Shown in pieces: positions 10,701-22,868 of a DNA stretch of 64,000 nt (position 1 is the first letter of the stretch; the number at the start of each line of letters is the position of its first letter). The stretch covers positions 113,772 to 177,771 of the forward strand of contig NMRA01000498.1 in NCBI GenBank assembly GCA_002633005.1, in the 5' to 3' direction. Below the pieces are notes generated by a model. It was not told the DNA's origin, searched no databases, and saw only the letters and a list, made by a program, of their open reading frames with translations. This stretch comes from Phoronis australis (taxonomy: Eukaryota; Animalia; Phoronida). A program made the translations under genes and the position numbers.

Positions 10701-13188
10701 CAATTGCCGGTTCATCACGGAAGATTAGGTGGTACTGAACTGTTAGACTCGGGCCGCTAAAATCTATGGGTAGGCTTGGGGATTTTAGTTAGGTATTGTA
10801 TGTAAATCAAGTGAATATGGTTTGTTTGTATTTGTGAACATGTTAAGATTGAAAATAGACCACTTGCTCGGCTGTAGCTGCACTGTTCTTCAAGATGGTG
10901 GCCCCCTGTTGCATATCTTGGAAGCAACTGAGAAATTGGCCGCGATTTCATGAGTAGCCCTCTAACAAGCCCGATTTGCAGAAAAACAAGTTGGTTGACA
11001 GTACTTTTAGACCACATTTTTGGATACGGTAGGAAATTTGCTTTCGGAATCTAATGTTGGCTTTCGTCGAGCATCGGGAGGGAAGTGGCGGTTTTGTGAT
11101 GAAAAGTGCCGATTTGGCGTTTTTTGCCCCTATTTTTTGCAGTCTAACTTGATTTTCAGTGGGGTGTGAAAGGGTCAAAAATACAAAAGAGAATAAAGTT
11201 TCTGTGCTCATATATAGGGCTTGTGATGTGAAATGACTCAAAACGTTTCTTTCTTTGCATGCAGTTTTTGACAGAGTGAAGAACGGTTGCCGGAGAGTCC
11301 ATTGACGTGTGTTCTGATAGGCAAGCCCCAATGAGAACTGTTCTGTGCCCCCTTACGAAATGATCTCTAGGGAGTTATTGAGGTCGTTATTTTCCGTGAC
11401 AAATGGGCAAAAAGATTAATTCCGACGTGAAGACAAAAACAAATGAACTCCGAAAGAATCATGCTGACCTGTTGACAACTTTAATTGATAAGAAAATAAC
11501 GTTTCAGGTCAAGTGTACCTCCTCACACAGATTACACTCTCTGTATACAAAACATTCCGCCATATGTTCAACCAACATGTGGCGCCAGTATGGTCTAACT
11601 GAGTGGCATAATAAGCAAAACATACGGCATTGTCCTTATACTGCTATAATCACCATCGTTTGGGAGAACTGCATAATGCCTTGAGTTTCCTATAAATCAG
11701 ATCAGCCATTTCTGAGATATGTTAGGAAATTAACCAAGTTTGGACACTTGTATCGGATCCTACGTAGTCTTAATCTCGCTTTCAGTCGTGCTGAGTATCA
11801 TTGTTTTTTTAATGGACGTTAAGTGGTTTTTAATTTTCCACTCCGGTTTGCAGCCCGACACTCTTAGAATACACTCCACATGGTCCGTAAATACTTTTTG
11901 TTCTGAAGTGCATTTTAAAAAGGTTTGTCGTCTTGCAGTTGTGCAGATTTTACGTACTATTAATGATTTCCATTTTAGAAAATGCTACGCATATAACAAG
12001 GAATGACAAAATAAAATAAATAAAAATTGGCAAGTAAATATTAATTGAACTGGGCGTGATAAATGCTGACTTACTAGTTTGAAATCTGCACTTGATTTGT
12101 TTATTCAGAATTATACCTGGATACCATGAGGATATCAAAAGAGGGGATCACAATGCACCAAATCTAAAATGCGTTCCAAAATGAAAAAGCACACTTACCC
12201 TTTAAAGTTAAAGCTGACGTAACCTCCTCAGGCTAGACGGACGTGAATTTGAAGTGCAAAAGAGCATGAACTTTAGCCGTAAAATTACAAAAGTGTCACT
12301 TGGCTATGTGGCGGCGTGTTTTATAGTCCGCTGCAAATTATCAGAAATTTTTAGNAGGCTAGGTGATGCAACGAAATTATTCTTTGTTGCATTAGTTAAC
12401 TGGTCTTGGCTAATTATTGTTTTATGGCCTGGTCATCCATTCAGCCAAAAGTAGTTCCATAGGTGGCTTATCAGCCAATTATTCACGCATGCTGACTCAC
12501 AATAGAAGCCTGATAAGAGTGAAGGTGGATAAATGCGGTGTTCCTACTGTTTCTTGTGGTAGTGGATGTGTTCACGACATGTCAAAAAAGTTTGACCTTT
12601 TCATTCAACATGTATTCTGGTGTATCAACAGTTTGACATCTGTCATTTTCAGCATTAACCACACTTTCTACGGACTTTGCAATAATTCTACTACAAACCC
12701 TTGTAATGCACCGGAAAGGGTAAATTAGTGCAGTTAAAACTCACCTAATAATTATAAATATTACTTCTCCAACATTTTTCAAGGAATTCTCTTCAATTCC
12801 AACTTACAGCATTTAGCGTATATGCCACTCAAAAACACTACTTTTCTAAACAACGGCCATCCAATCAGATAAATAGGTCAAAAGTCTTTTTAAAAGTGCA
12901 AATTGAAATCTTGAGCTAGACACTTGAAATTAATCACTTGAATTAATCCTTTACGACGTACATAAATTATTCATGATGTACTATTTGGTGGCTTAAATTG
13001 AAGTTAATTTGCAAACGTAATTTACGTTCGAACGTAGCTCCATTCAAGTTTACAAAAACAAAACTGATTCCAAATTCCTCTTTCCTCTACAGTTCCGCTT
13101 AATGAAGCGCACATCTCTTGCAAAGCTTTTAAAAACTATAGGCCGGCCCAAATCAAGATTCTACAATGCAACGTTTTCATGTACTTAC

Positions 13189-13237
13189 AGCCTGTTGTCA
13201 CACAGGTGATCAAAATCAAAACGGCGAGTGTCTTCAT
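13189..13237 (-). CDS. Candidate signal-peptide first exon of an unidentified secreted-protein gene or pseudogene
   Basis: ATG...MKTLAVLILITCVTTG+T followed by gtaagt. This is a 49-nt phase-1 exon with a basic N-terminus and hydrophobic core. Downstream exons were not resolved. Confidence 0.4.
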
Positions 13238-13890
13238 TTCAAGTTTGCCCTAGTGCTTGAATGGTGCAGCTCCATGCAGATTAAGTTCCCCTTCCGGAAG
13301 AACTCACTGAGTGGAGCTGAGCGGCAGTCGTGTTCAGGGCAGAGTAAGTAAAAGTCAATGGCGTATGACCTATTTACTACTCGATGTTTTTTCAAAGATC
13401 AATTGTCTCCATGCGTTGGGCCTGCTAGGTTTATTTTTTGGGTTAACGGTAGGCTACCATGTAAAGTTCGGCTTTGACTGAGTGTCCGCCAGTATGATGC
13501 AACTTAATGGGAGAAATTAGCATTAGGCATTACAGCGGGGTCCAACCTACAGGTAGCTCAGTCTACTGACAAGAAAAATCACATGCCATCGTTGAAGTGG
13601 CTTGACACGCTTTAGTGAACTTGTACAACATAACCTAGCCTTTGAAGGTATCATTTCTTCATGACTTCATTGCACGTATACTGAGATGCTTTTGGATTTC
13701 TCTGTTTGCATCATAGGTAATTTATTTCTTTTCACAAAGTCAAAATGATCTTTCATAACACACTTAACAAAGCCCACAAGGCTTTCCGATCGTTTAGTGT
13801 CTTTTCAAGAGAAGGCTCTACATTTTCAAAGAAATATCTTTTAGAGAGGAAATAGTTGATAGACGAAGCAGACATCACCGGTAGCTCTTG

Positions 13891-13915
13891 CGGAAGTAAA
13901 CAGGGGTCACATGAC
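13891..13915 (+). promoter_or_regulatory. Putative SFR1 promoter (ETS/FOX motif plus E-box)
   Basis: CGGAAGTAAACA at 13891 and GTCACATGAC at 13906-13915, about 1.1 kb upstream of the first coding exon. Confidence 0.4.
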
Positions 13916-14841
13916 TATCATACTCTGCCTTCTTCATTTTGACCACCATGTTGCACGTGCACAGTATCCGGTTTTTCCGGTGTTGGGTAATGTAGTGGAA
14001 AGCAATTTAACCTCATTTGTGGAAACCAAGTGTTCCTGTTGATGCTGTACGTAAATGACTGTGTTGTGACTCGATACACAGGTTCTCGTGCAGCTTACCT
14101 TTACTCATATGAAAGCTTGAATACACGCTTGAGTTGANTTGTTGGCTAACGAGACACTGAACGAAAAAGAAAATATCGCAAGAGAATAAAACCTAACATG
14201 CATGTCACCATGTATAATTCAAGCATAATTTAAAAAATACAGTGGCTATATTTCAACCTAATTAAAATTATGGTTGTTGAGTTGCCAAAATCTCGCCGGG
14301 CGGAAAAGTGGCCGGGCCCGGTTTAGTAGCCTCACCATGGTCACGTTCATTGAATATATATTTTACCCCAGCGTTTAGGCCGAGCAACCACAACAGCGTA
14401 GATTATTAACACTTTCATCTTAATTATATGTTATAAATAGTTATTACAAATGGGGTTTTAAACATGGAATGTCGGACACAAAGATTTCTTTTCCACACAA
14501 ATTCGCCACTCATCAGGACATACACTGTCTGGTTCATGAACTCTCGTGACCTGTGGCTAAAGTGAGCAGCAGCAGAATGTAGGTCAAGGTGCTTGGATTC
14601 TCTAGCAGACAGTCTTACTTGAGCGATAAAATGACACGTGATTGATGAGAAGCGCCATCTGTTTGCCGTAAAGGTTTTGGATGAGCGGGTACCTTTATCA
14701 TACTCTGCCTTCTTCATTTTGACCACCATGTTACACGCGCACAGTATCCGGTTTTTCCGGTGTTGGGGAATGTAGTGGAAAGCAATTTAACCTCATTTGT
14801 GGAAACCAAGTGTTCCTGTTGATGCTGTACGTAAATGACTG
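13916..14841 (+). repeat. 146-bp direct repeat (13916-14061 and 14696-14841)
   Basis: Copies are offset by 780 bp with about 3 mismatches. Each contains a tac|gtaaat donor-like site. An N lies between them at 14138. Confidence 0.85.
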
Positions 14842-15061
14842 ATATTGAAGAGAATATTCATCCGGTTCTCTTTACAATCGACTGTGGCTATTCTCAGTTA
14901 AAGTTTTCAGAAATCGATCCTATTCACTTATTTCAGATACTGGTAATGTAATGACGATTTCTGACGGAATTTGTCGGACGAATGAAATGACGGTATAAGT
15001 ATAGTTGATGAAGGGCTATGCCAATGGTTGCCGGCAATTTGCATCTCACTACAAAGAAGAA

Positions 15062-18000
15062 ATGAATCCTATCACTTCAAAAGACACGGAGGAATCTATT
15101 TCACTACCTTGCGAATCTTCCCCTCTATGCAGTCCTAATCAACAGGTAAATGCTAAAACAAAGGTTGTGTTCCTAATTTCAAATGGGACCACCATCTGTG
15201 TTCTTGAGCCAATCATCTTGCTTTGGTTTTGGTTCTGCTTGGCTGTTGTATGGCAGTTAATTAACATAATATTATAATAAGCCCCTCGGTTGGCTAGCTA
15301 TGCCTGCGGCATTCAGAGCGAAGTAATTGCCTATATCAGTATATGACAGTTTGCTAGTTGAATGTACTTTTTGAATACTACTGTAACGATGCTATGCTGA
15401 CATTTGGGATTTTGTTACCCAAGGCCAAAGCGAGCCTAAGCCAGACTCTCGCCTAACCTGTCCTAGTGGATTCATATGCTTATGGCTTAGCCACGATGCT
15501 GAAGAAAACCAATTCGCTAATAGCTCTTATAATGCATCAATTTTAAAGTTCAAAGATGGCTAGTATTTACTTTTCAGTTTTAAAAACAGTCATGTTGGTC
15601 ATTTGCCTTTCTTATTGTTTGTTATTGACTTTGAAACTCGTACATGCAGGCGTCGGTCTCATCCAGCATGTCTTCAGCCTAGCTCATGAATAGTGACTAG
15701 CTCATATCTTCAATTTGTGATGGCACCATCAAGCCTTGGTGTGCCAAACAATTCTCTAGGTATTCTGGGGTGAAAATGCACGCTTTCTCGTCCACTCGAG
15801 TGCAAATCCTATTAGCGTAACATTTGCCTAATGTTAATGCTATTAGCGTACAACAACACTGAAATGAATTGTGGTTCCCCACGTGAAGGCCAAGCATCCA
15901 AACCATTTGGCTTAGGATTCACGACCATAATTCACAGTGGAACAGGTATGCCTCCTGGCTACAGATCTCAGCAACCTGCACCCCTAACTTCCTAGAATTC
16001 GCCCTGAGCAGCAGCACTTACCCTTGTCCTGGAATTCCCCTCAACAACGCTCTCCTTGCCTTGTATTCTGGATCCACCACCAGGCTTCCACTGTCTCTGC
16101 CCACCACTTAGAACAATCCTATACATCCCAAGACTTTCGTAGGACTCGTGTTAGCTGGATGCAAATGTTAAAAAATCTGCTGACGCAGAGACTTGAACCG
16201 GGATTCCTCGTGCGAGAGCTGACAGTGTCCCAATTGTCACTTGGCTAATGGATTGGAGAGGCATTATTGGAGTGTCTTGACGGGAAGTCATGCCATGCAG
16301 CAGTTGTGACAAGCAAGGGCCTGTTCTGAAGCAGCAACGACTTGTCAGTTCTCAAGGCTAGAAGTCATTTCTAGTCTGAATTTTGGACAGCATGTGACTA
16401 ATTTTGTGATTTGGCCATAGTCAAAATGATTTAATATGATAAAGTGCAGGTTTATTACCCCTTATATCAATAAACACTGCAGACCATTAAGTGGTTGGAG
16501 CAGTGGCTCGATTTGCAGGTTGTCAATCTAGATCCTTGAATTTTTTTGGTGACCTGGTAAAATTTTACGAGGTCGTCACACACACACACACATCGGAACA
16601 TGCACTCAAAGTACTATAGGAAGTAAACAGAAAGAACTCAGCGTTGCTCAGCACAAACCGCTGGTCCGTATATGAGCCATGCACAGGTAACATGTGCCGA
16701 TCACCTTCCTCTGCCTCGGGAGTTGAACCTGTATGGGCTAGTTCGACCAAGGGTGGAATTTGTCATTACCAAGCACTCAACACCTCCCAATTTTTCATTT
16801 GACGTAAAAAGCCTTTTGGCAGACATTTGCTAAGTTCACCAGTTCTTTAGTTCAGGCATTTCGTTTTCAGCTCTTACCAACGGTAATGGTCTGATATAAT
16901 GTGCCGAATTTTGAGAACCATTTTTCTCCACTGAATATCAGGCATCAAATTGGTTCTCAAAATATGGATACATTATATCCAACTATATTGCCTTTACCAA
17001 CTATGCTTTGTTCAGTCCGTAGGGTTCAGGAGTTTTGCAGCACCGCGTAACCGGTTTCCTTGTTGTGGTGATCTCAGTTCTCATTTAGTGATGTAGAAAT
17101 TTTAATGTTATGCTATGTGCTAAGCCCTGACTTAATATTAATAATTGGTGTGAATCGTAATTGCTTCTAAAGAGAACCAAGTCAGTTATCACTGAGTCAT
17201 CTGGGAATTGTGTTATCGAGACCTAAATATTGTGGGCATTGTTTTTTACATTAAGGAATCAATAATTAAACCTCCCTTCCACCGAAAAAAATATCCATTT
17301 TTTAATTTAACTACATACTTTTATAAAACTGCTCTTGGTTTGTTCCTTCTTACTAGACGAGAATTGATTGTTGACTTTTGAAAGAACTGTAGAGGTCGCT
17401 ATTCCTTGAATATAAAATAACCTGCCATAAAAATCCAACTTTTTAAGATTGGTCTCAAGAAACTACCAGTTCTTCCCAAGGCCTGAATCACATCCAGTCT
17501 AAGTAAAAACTCTAGGTCGAGACCAGTTTTTAGTTTTGTAATGATTGTGGTGTAAATCAAAAAGGAGTCATATTACACACACTACTGTTGAATTTAAGAC
17601 CAAGAGTAACGCATTCATCAACATACATGTTTCATTGCACACACTACCATTGAATTTAAGACCAAAAGTAATGCATTCATCAACATCCATGTTTCATTGC
17701 ACACACTACTGTTGAATTTAAGACCAAGAGTAACGCATTCATCAACATCCATGTTTCATTACACACAGTACTGTTGAATTTAAGACCAAGAGTAACGCAC
17801 TCATCAATATGCATGTTTCATTGCACACACTACTGTTGAATTTGAGAGCGAGAGTAACGCTCTCATCAATATGCATGTTTCATTGCACACACTACCATTG
17901 AATTTAAGACCAAGAGTAACGCATTCATCAACATCCATGTTTCATTACACACAGTACTGTTGAATTTAAGACCAAGAGTAACGCACTCATCAATATGTAT

Positions 18001-20327
18001 GTTTCATTGCACACACTACTGTTGAATTTGAGAGCGAGAGTAACGCTCTCATCAATATGCATGTTTCATTGCACACAGTACTGTTGAATTTGAGAGCGAG
18101 AGTAACGCTCTCATTAATATCCGTGCTTCATTACACACCCAGCGCCACAAACCCTTTAACTGTTCATATGTCAGTGGTCTACTTATCTGTTTAGGGATTA
18201 AGGGATAAACCGGCCAGTCAGCAAGCTCAATTAAAAAGTAACAGTAGTTTTCAAAAGACTTGATGATTTCTTGGAACTTCGTCTTACATCGTAGAAGTAA
18301 TGGGGAAAACCCATTAGGAAATAGATGAAATAAACACCAAATTATTTGCAAATGAGTAAAAAATTGACCTAAATTTTGCCAATTTTCATTACGAAGGGTT
18401 ATCAATTTTCTTACAACCTCCCGTAAAACCTCGACAATTTCAAAAAGAAATATTTGCCAAAATTACCCTTCCAGCGTTTTTCAAGGTCTTCTAACATTTT
18501 TGTGAACGCCATGTTTTGTGTGATGGAAGCTGTGGTGCAGAACTTGAACATTGCTTACTATGTAGATGAGATTTTACTGTGCTGTATTTGGGTATAGACT
18601 TAGCTTTGTCAGTCCTGCAAATGATCAGTAATTTTACTGTGCTGTATTTGAGTATAGACGTAGCTTTGTCATTCCTGCAAATGATCAGTAATTTTACTGT
18701 GCTGTATTTGAGTATAGACATAGCTTTGTCGTTCCTGCATATGATCAGTTATCTTACTGTGCTGTATTTGAGTATAGACATAGCTTTCTCATTCCTGTAA
18801 GTGATCAGTAATTTCACTGTCAGCTGTATTTGAGTATAGACATAGCTTTCTCATTCCTGTAAGTGATCAGTAATTTCACTGTCAGCTGTATTTGATTATG
18901 GACATAGCTTTGTCATTCCTGTAAATGATCAGTAATTTTATGGTGCTGTATTTGAGTATAGACGAAGCTTTGTCATTCCTGCAAGTAATCAGTAATTTTA
19001 CTGTGCTATATTTGAGTATAGACATATCTTTGCCATTCCTGCAAGTGATCAGTAATTTTATGGTGCTGTATTTGAGTATAGACAAAGCTTTGTCATTCCT
19101 GCAAGTAATCAGTAATTTTACTGTGCTGTATTTGAGTATAGACATATCTTTGCCATTCCTGCAAGTGATCAGTAATTTTATGGTACTGTATTTGAGTATA
19201 GACATATCTTTGCCATTCCTGCAAGTGATCAGTAATTTTATGGTGCTGTATTTGAGTATAGACATATCTTTGTCATTCCTGTGGGTGATCAATAATTTTA
19301 CTGTGCTGTATTTGAGTATAGACATAGCTTTGTCATTCCTGCAAGTGATTAGTAATTTTACTGTGCTGTATTTGAGTATAGACATATCTTTGCCATTCCT
19401 GCAAGTGATCAGTAATTTTATGGTGCTGTATTTGAGTATAGACATATCTTTGTCATTCCTGTGGGTGATCAATAATTTTACTGTGCTGTATTTGAGTATA
19501 GACAAAGCTTTGTCATTCCTGCAAATGATCAGTAATTTTATGGTGCTGTATTTGAGTATAGACATAGCTTTGCCATTCCTGCAAATGATCAGTAATTTTC
19601 TTTGTCATTTTAGATGAGTGCTGCTCTTAAGGCTCGTCTGAGAAAGTGTGGACAGTGGTATGCGAGCCCAAAAGCCTCACCATCACAAAACTGTGAAGTT
19701 GTTTCCCAAAGCCATGGACAGAAAAGCAGTAGTATTCCAACTCTAGCTGCTGAATGCTATCAAAATGTGCCAGTCTCCGGTGTGCAATCTTCAACTCCTA
19801 AATCCTCTACGACACGAACTCATCCGTACGCAACTCCTAGAAATTCCAATTTCAGGAGGAGACTGGGTGCTTTCACATCCCCAAGATTTGTCAAGAAACA
19901 AGCTGAAAGTTCTGACTCCAGTGTGGTTTCTGGTACAAATGTGCCTCCTCACAAACTGGTTTTGGCAAATACAATTGAAGAAATCCCCAGGACGTTAAGT
20001 GTAAAACATGGTGATAACACCAATACCCAAAGTGATGTGACCATGCCAGTGTCAAGCTATTCTAAGTCCCAGTTGCGAGATTTAATCAAAGACAAACGAG
20101 AGGTTTTACGTAAGCTGAATCTTGTAAAAATGTACAGAAAGAAAAACAATTTGAGTGAGCTGCAGGATCTGATTGACAAATGGCAACGTGTGGCACAAAA
20201 GGCAATTGAAGAACTTTGCGAGATTTCACCTGAGCCTAAACCAAGTTTGGCACAGATTCTGGACTATTTTCAGATTGATCATTCGCTAGTTAAGTTTGAT
20301 CTGGATGAGAAGTCCTTTAAAAGTTAG
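15062..20327 (+). CDS. SFR1: Swi5-dependent recombination DNA repair protein 1 homolog (Sfr1/Mei5)
   Basis: Main exon 19614-20327 follows ttttag. It has MSAALKARLRK and a C-terminal Mei5/Sfr1 domain (LRKLNLVKMYRKKNNLSELQDLIDKWQ..AQ...SLAQILDYFQID..LVKFD). Probable upstream exon 15062-15145 (MNPITSK...SPNQQ|gtaaat, phase 0). The exact start is uncertain; an in-frame ATG also exists at 15008. Confidence 0.88.
16178..16247 (-). mobile_element. tRNA-derived SINE head or tRNA pseudogene
   Basis: Minus strand reads TAGCCAAGTG (A-box) ... GGTTCAAGTC (B-box) at tRNA-like spacing. The cloverleaf is not intact. Confidence 0.45.
16893..16979. repeat. Imperfect inverted repeat (MITE remnant)
   Basis: gatataatgtgccgaattttgagaacca ... 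tggttctcaaaatatggatacattatatc, with a 30-bp spacer. Confidence 0.6.
17572..18138. repeat. 62-bp minisatellite, about 9 copies, in the SFR1 intron
   Basis: The (g/a)ttgaattt anchor recurs every 62 bp from 17587 to 18083. Confidence 0.95.
18572..19599. repeat. 60-bp minisatellite, about 17 copies, abutting the SFR1 splice acceptor
   Basis: Unit tttactgtgctgtatttgagtatagacatagctttgtcattcctgcaaatgatcagtaat. It generates the repetitive ORFs 18882..19565(-) and 18925..19617(+). Confidence 0.97.
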
Positions 20328-22868
20328 CATTACCAGCTAATATTCTGTTGTTGTCGTTTCATTTTCTTTGTCTCGTAACGTTTATTCATATTGCTGGTAC
20401 TGACGAGTCCAGTGAAGTGTGAATTATCTTTTAGCAAACACCAGCTTCAATACCAAGATCTTTGAATCAACTCTCCTGTTTTTCAGAAGTACAAATTAAA
20501 AATGCATTATGTGACTGTCCTAGTGTTCAAAAGGTACATATAGGACAGGTTACACACCTGTGAGACCTGTTTCTCAAAGCTGTTGTCTTCTAATTTCAGC
20601 TAAAAATTGGCTCGCAGATGACTTAGACTGTTTCATAAGAACGGGCTAGAGCTGACAGTCAGAAAATCTGGTGTACGGTACAACTCAAAAGTCGAAAGGA
20701 CAGAAATCCATAGTCTGCTCAAATAGAAGACAAAATATTTCGATAAACTCTAAAAACAAAAAATAAATCAGTTTTTGGCTTGTTATTAGACAAAAGCCAA
20801 TAGTGTCTTCAAGAAACGTGCACCTGAGTCAAATGCATAATTGCCTAACACGTTTTTAATTAAAAATATTGAAGTACAGGTCAGGTTTTTGTTATGGGAA
20901 ATAGTGCTCGTAGTTCTTAAAAATGTTGGAAGTGCAAATTCGCTCTCCATCCGAAAACTTGAGTCTTGAGGTAGCTGTCAGAGCTCATCTTTTGCCTAGC
21001 CATGGTTTGTTCAGAGCAAGCTCTGGTATTGGTATTGGTTGTGCTGCAAGTCTAACGAGGGCGCTGGGGTATTACAGTTGCTATTGTCAATTGGCAGTTG
21101 TTCCAAGTTCTTTGTGGAGGGGTAATCCTTTACCATTCAGGGTGTGTTCCATGGAACAGTTGAATTATCTGCTTGCGCTTGGTCAGTATGACCTACCTAT
21201 AAACATGGTCTTCAGCAGGCTCTTTCATTCATCATATGTGAAAATGTTGCAACCACCACTGAGTTTTGAATAAACTTTTGAAGTTGTTTACAGGTCTCTA
21301 GTTCATGAATTTTGCAGAAAGTAAATGTTTTATACACATATCCACTTGCCTTGTTGCTTTTTTATAAAAAAACAATACTTTTGCAGGTCATTAACAAATT
21401 TTTCATTGTCATCTCTCAATTCTCAGCCATTTTCATGTTCAACCGAGGAGTCTTACTGGACTTGCCGGGAAGTGCGAGTTAGTTTTTGGTTCGCTGGTAC
21501 CTGTTGATGAATGACGTTGGTAAATCTAAGCTGGGTTAGTAAAACTTTGAACTGTGGTAGATGATTGGCCCAAGTCATGATGCTAGACAAGAGAGTACAG
21601 GAATGCTCAACAGTGAACTAGATGGATATCTGGACAGCTAGCACTGTCTAGAAATGAAACAGATTTTTGCAATTTTGCATTGTAAGAAATATCTATGGAC
21701 ACACACTGTCAGAGGAATTTCACATTATCTGTGTATGCCCATTTGTTGCTTGTTCAATGTGCCTCAAGTTGTCAAATGCTTTGTATAGTGATTCTAATGT
21801 TGAGGGGAATTTTTAATCATTGGGACGGGAATTTTTGGGCCTGTGTGATTTTTTGATATTTTTAATGGTGTAATGAGGCTTGTTATTCAGCTCCAAAATC
21901 AAACCATCGAGAGCCTTGTCACCTTTGACGAGTCAGAATTGGTCATAGTGATTGATTATGCTATGATCAAAAAAGCCATCATTAACCAAAGTTATTTTTA
22001 TTATCAAAAATAGTTATTTACAAAATAAAATAAGCATCTCAATTGAAAGCAAAATAATGATCTTGTCTATATCGGTGAAAACCAATATGTAATGCCAGCC
22101 ACATCTGCAGTTGAAGACTCTTGACAAGAACAAGCAAATTCAACGAGTGAAACAAATACTTTTGGTGTGCAAATTGTGTTCCTCGTTGACACCCCTGTCA
22201 TAAATTGAACAATCCTTAGAGTTCAGCTGTCGAAGACTAATTGCACACATAGGTTCTTAAAAGTTTGGGAACAGTCTATTCACGAAGGCACTGCAGCACG
22301 ATGTCGAAATTTCAGCGAGCGTACTTTAGCAAAGTGAATGCAAACATTTCAACCCATAGACAACATTTGACTGATGGGATTACAAATAGACTCATTCATT
22401 AATGCTAGTCACTTATGAGTGAAATGTTCAGCAATATCTTCCAGAGACTTGCGAGATCTCGCCGAGCTCACAAAATACAGACTTCGTTACAAGCTCTCCC
22501 GTGGTAGGTAGAGCCCGCAAAAATTGGCCAAGCTGCATCCCAATATAACTGCAGTAAAACTTGCAGTAAAACTTGCTAATAACTACATCAAGTTCAGCTG
22601 TGCAGTTGTTCTAGTTCGTACATTTGTACCTTCAGATAAGCCATATTTCATAATACCAGGGTGAAATCTTTTGGTCGGTTTGGATAACACTTATGCCCGT
22701 TTTACTATAAATTAGCACCAAATTGCTGCAAATGTCATGATCACAAACTTCCAGCATCTTCTAACACAATTCTTCCACTGCACAAAATGTACATTTTTCT
22801 CTTCACCACTTGGGAGTTTCACTCTACAAAATGACATGCTGCACTTCAACTGCAGTTTCTACTGTTGT

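Noticed and set aside
17572-19599. CRISPR-like arrays
   Set aside because: These are head-to-tail tandem units with no unique spacers and no cas genes, in a eukaryotic intron.
18882-19617. 227-aa and 230-aa repeat proteins
   Set aside because: A 60-bp unit without stops gives open frames automatically. The region is intronic and has no independent coding evidence.
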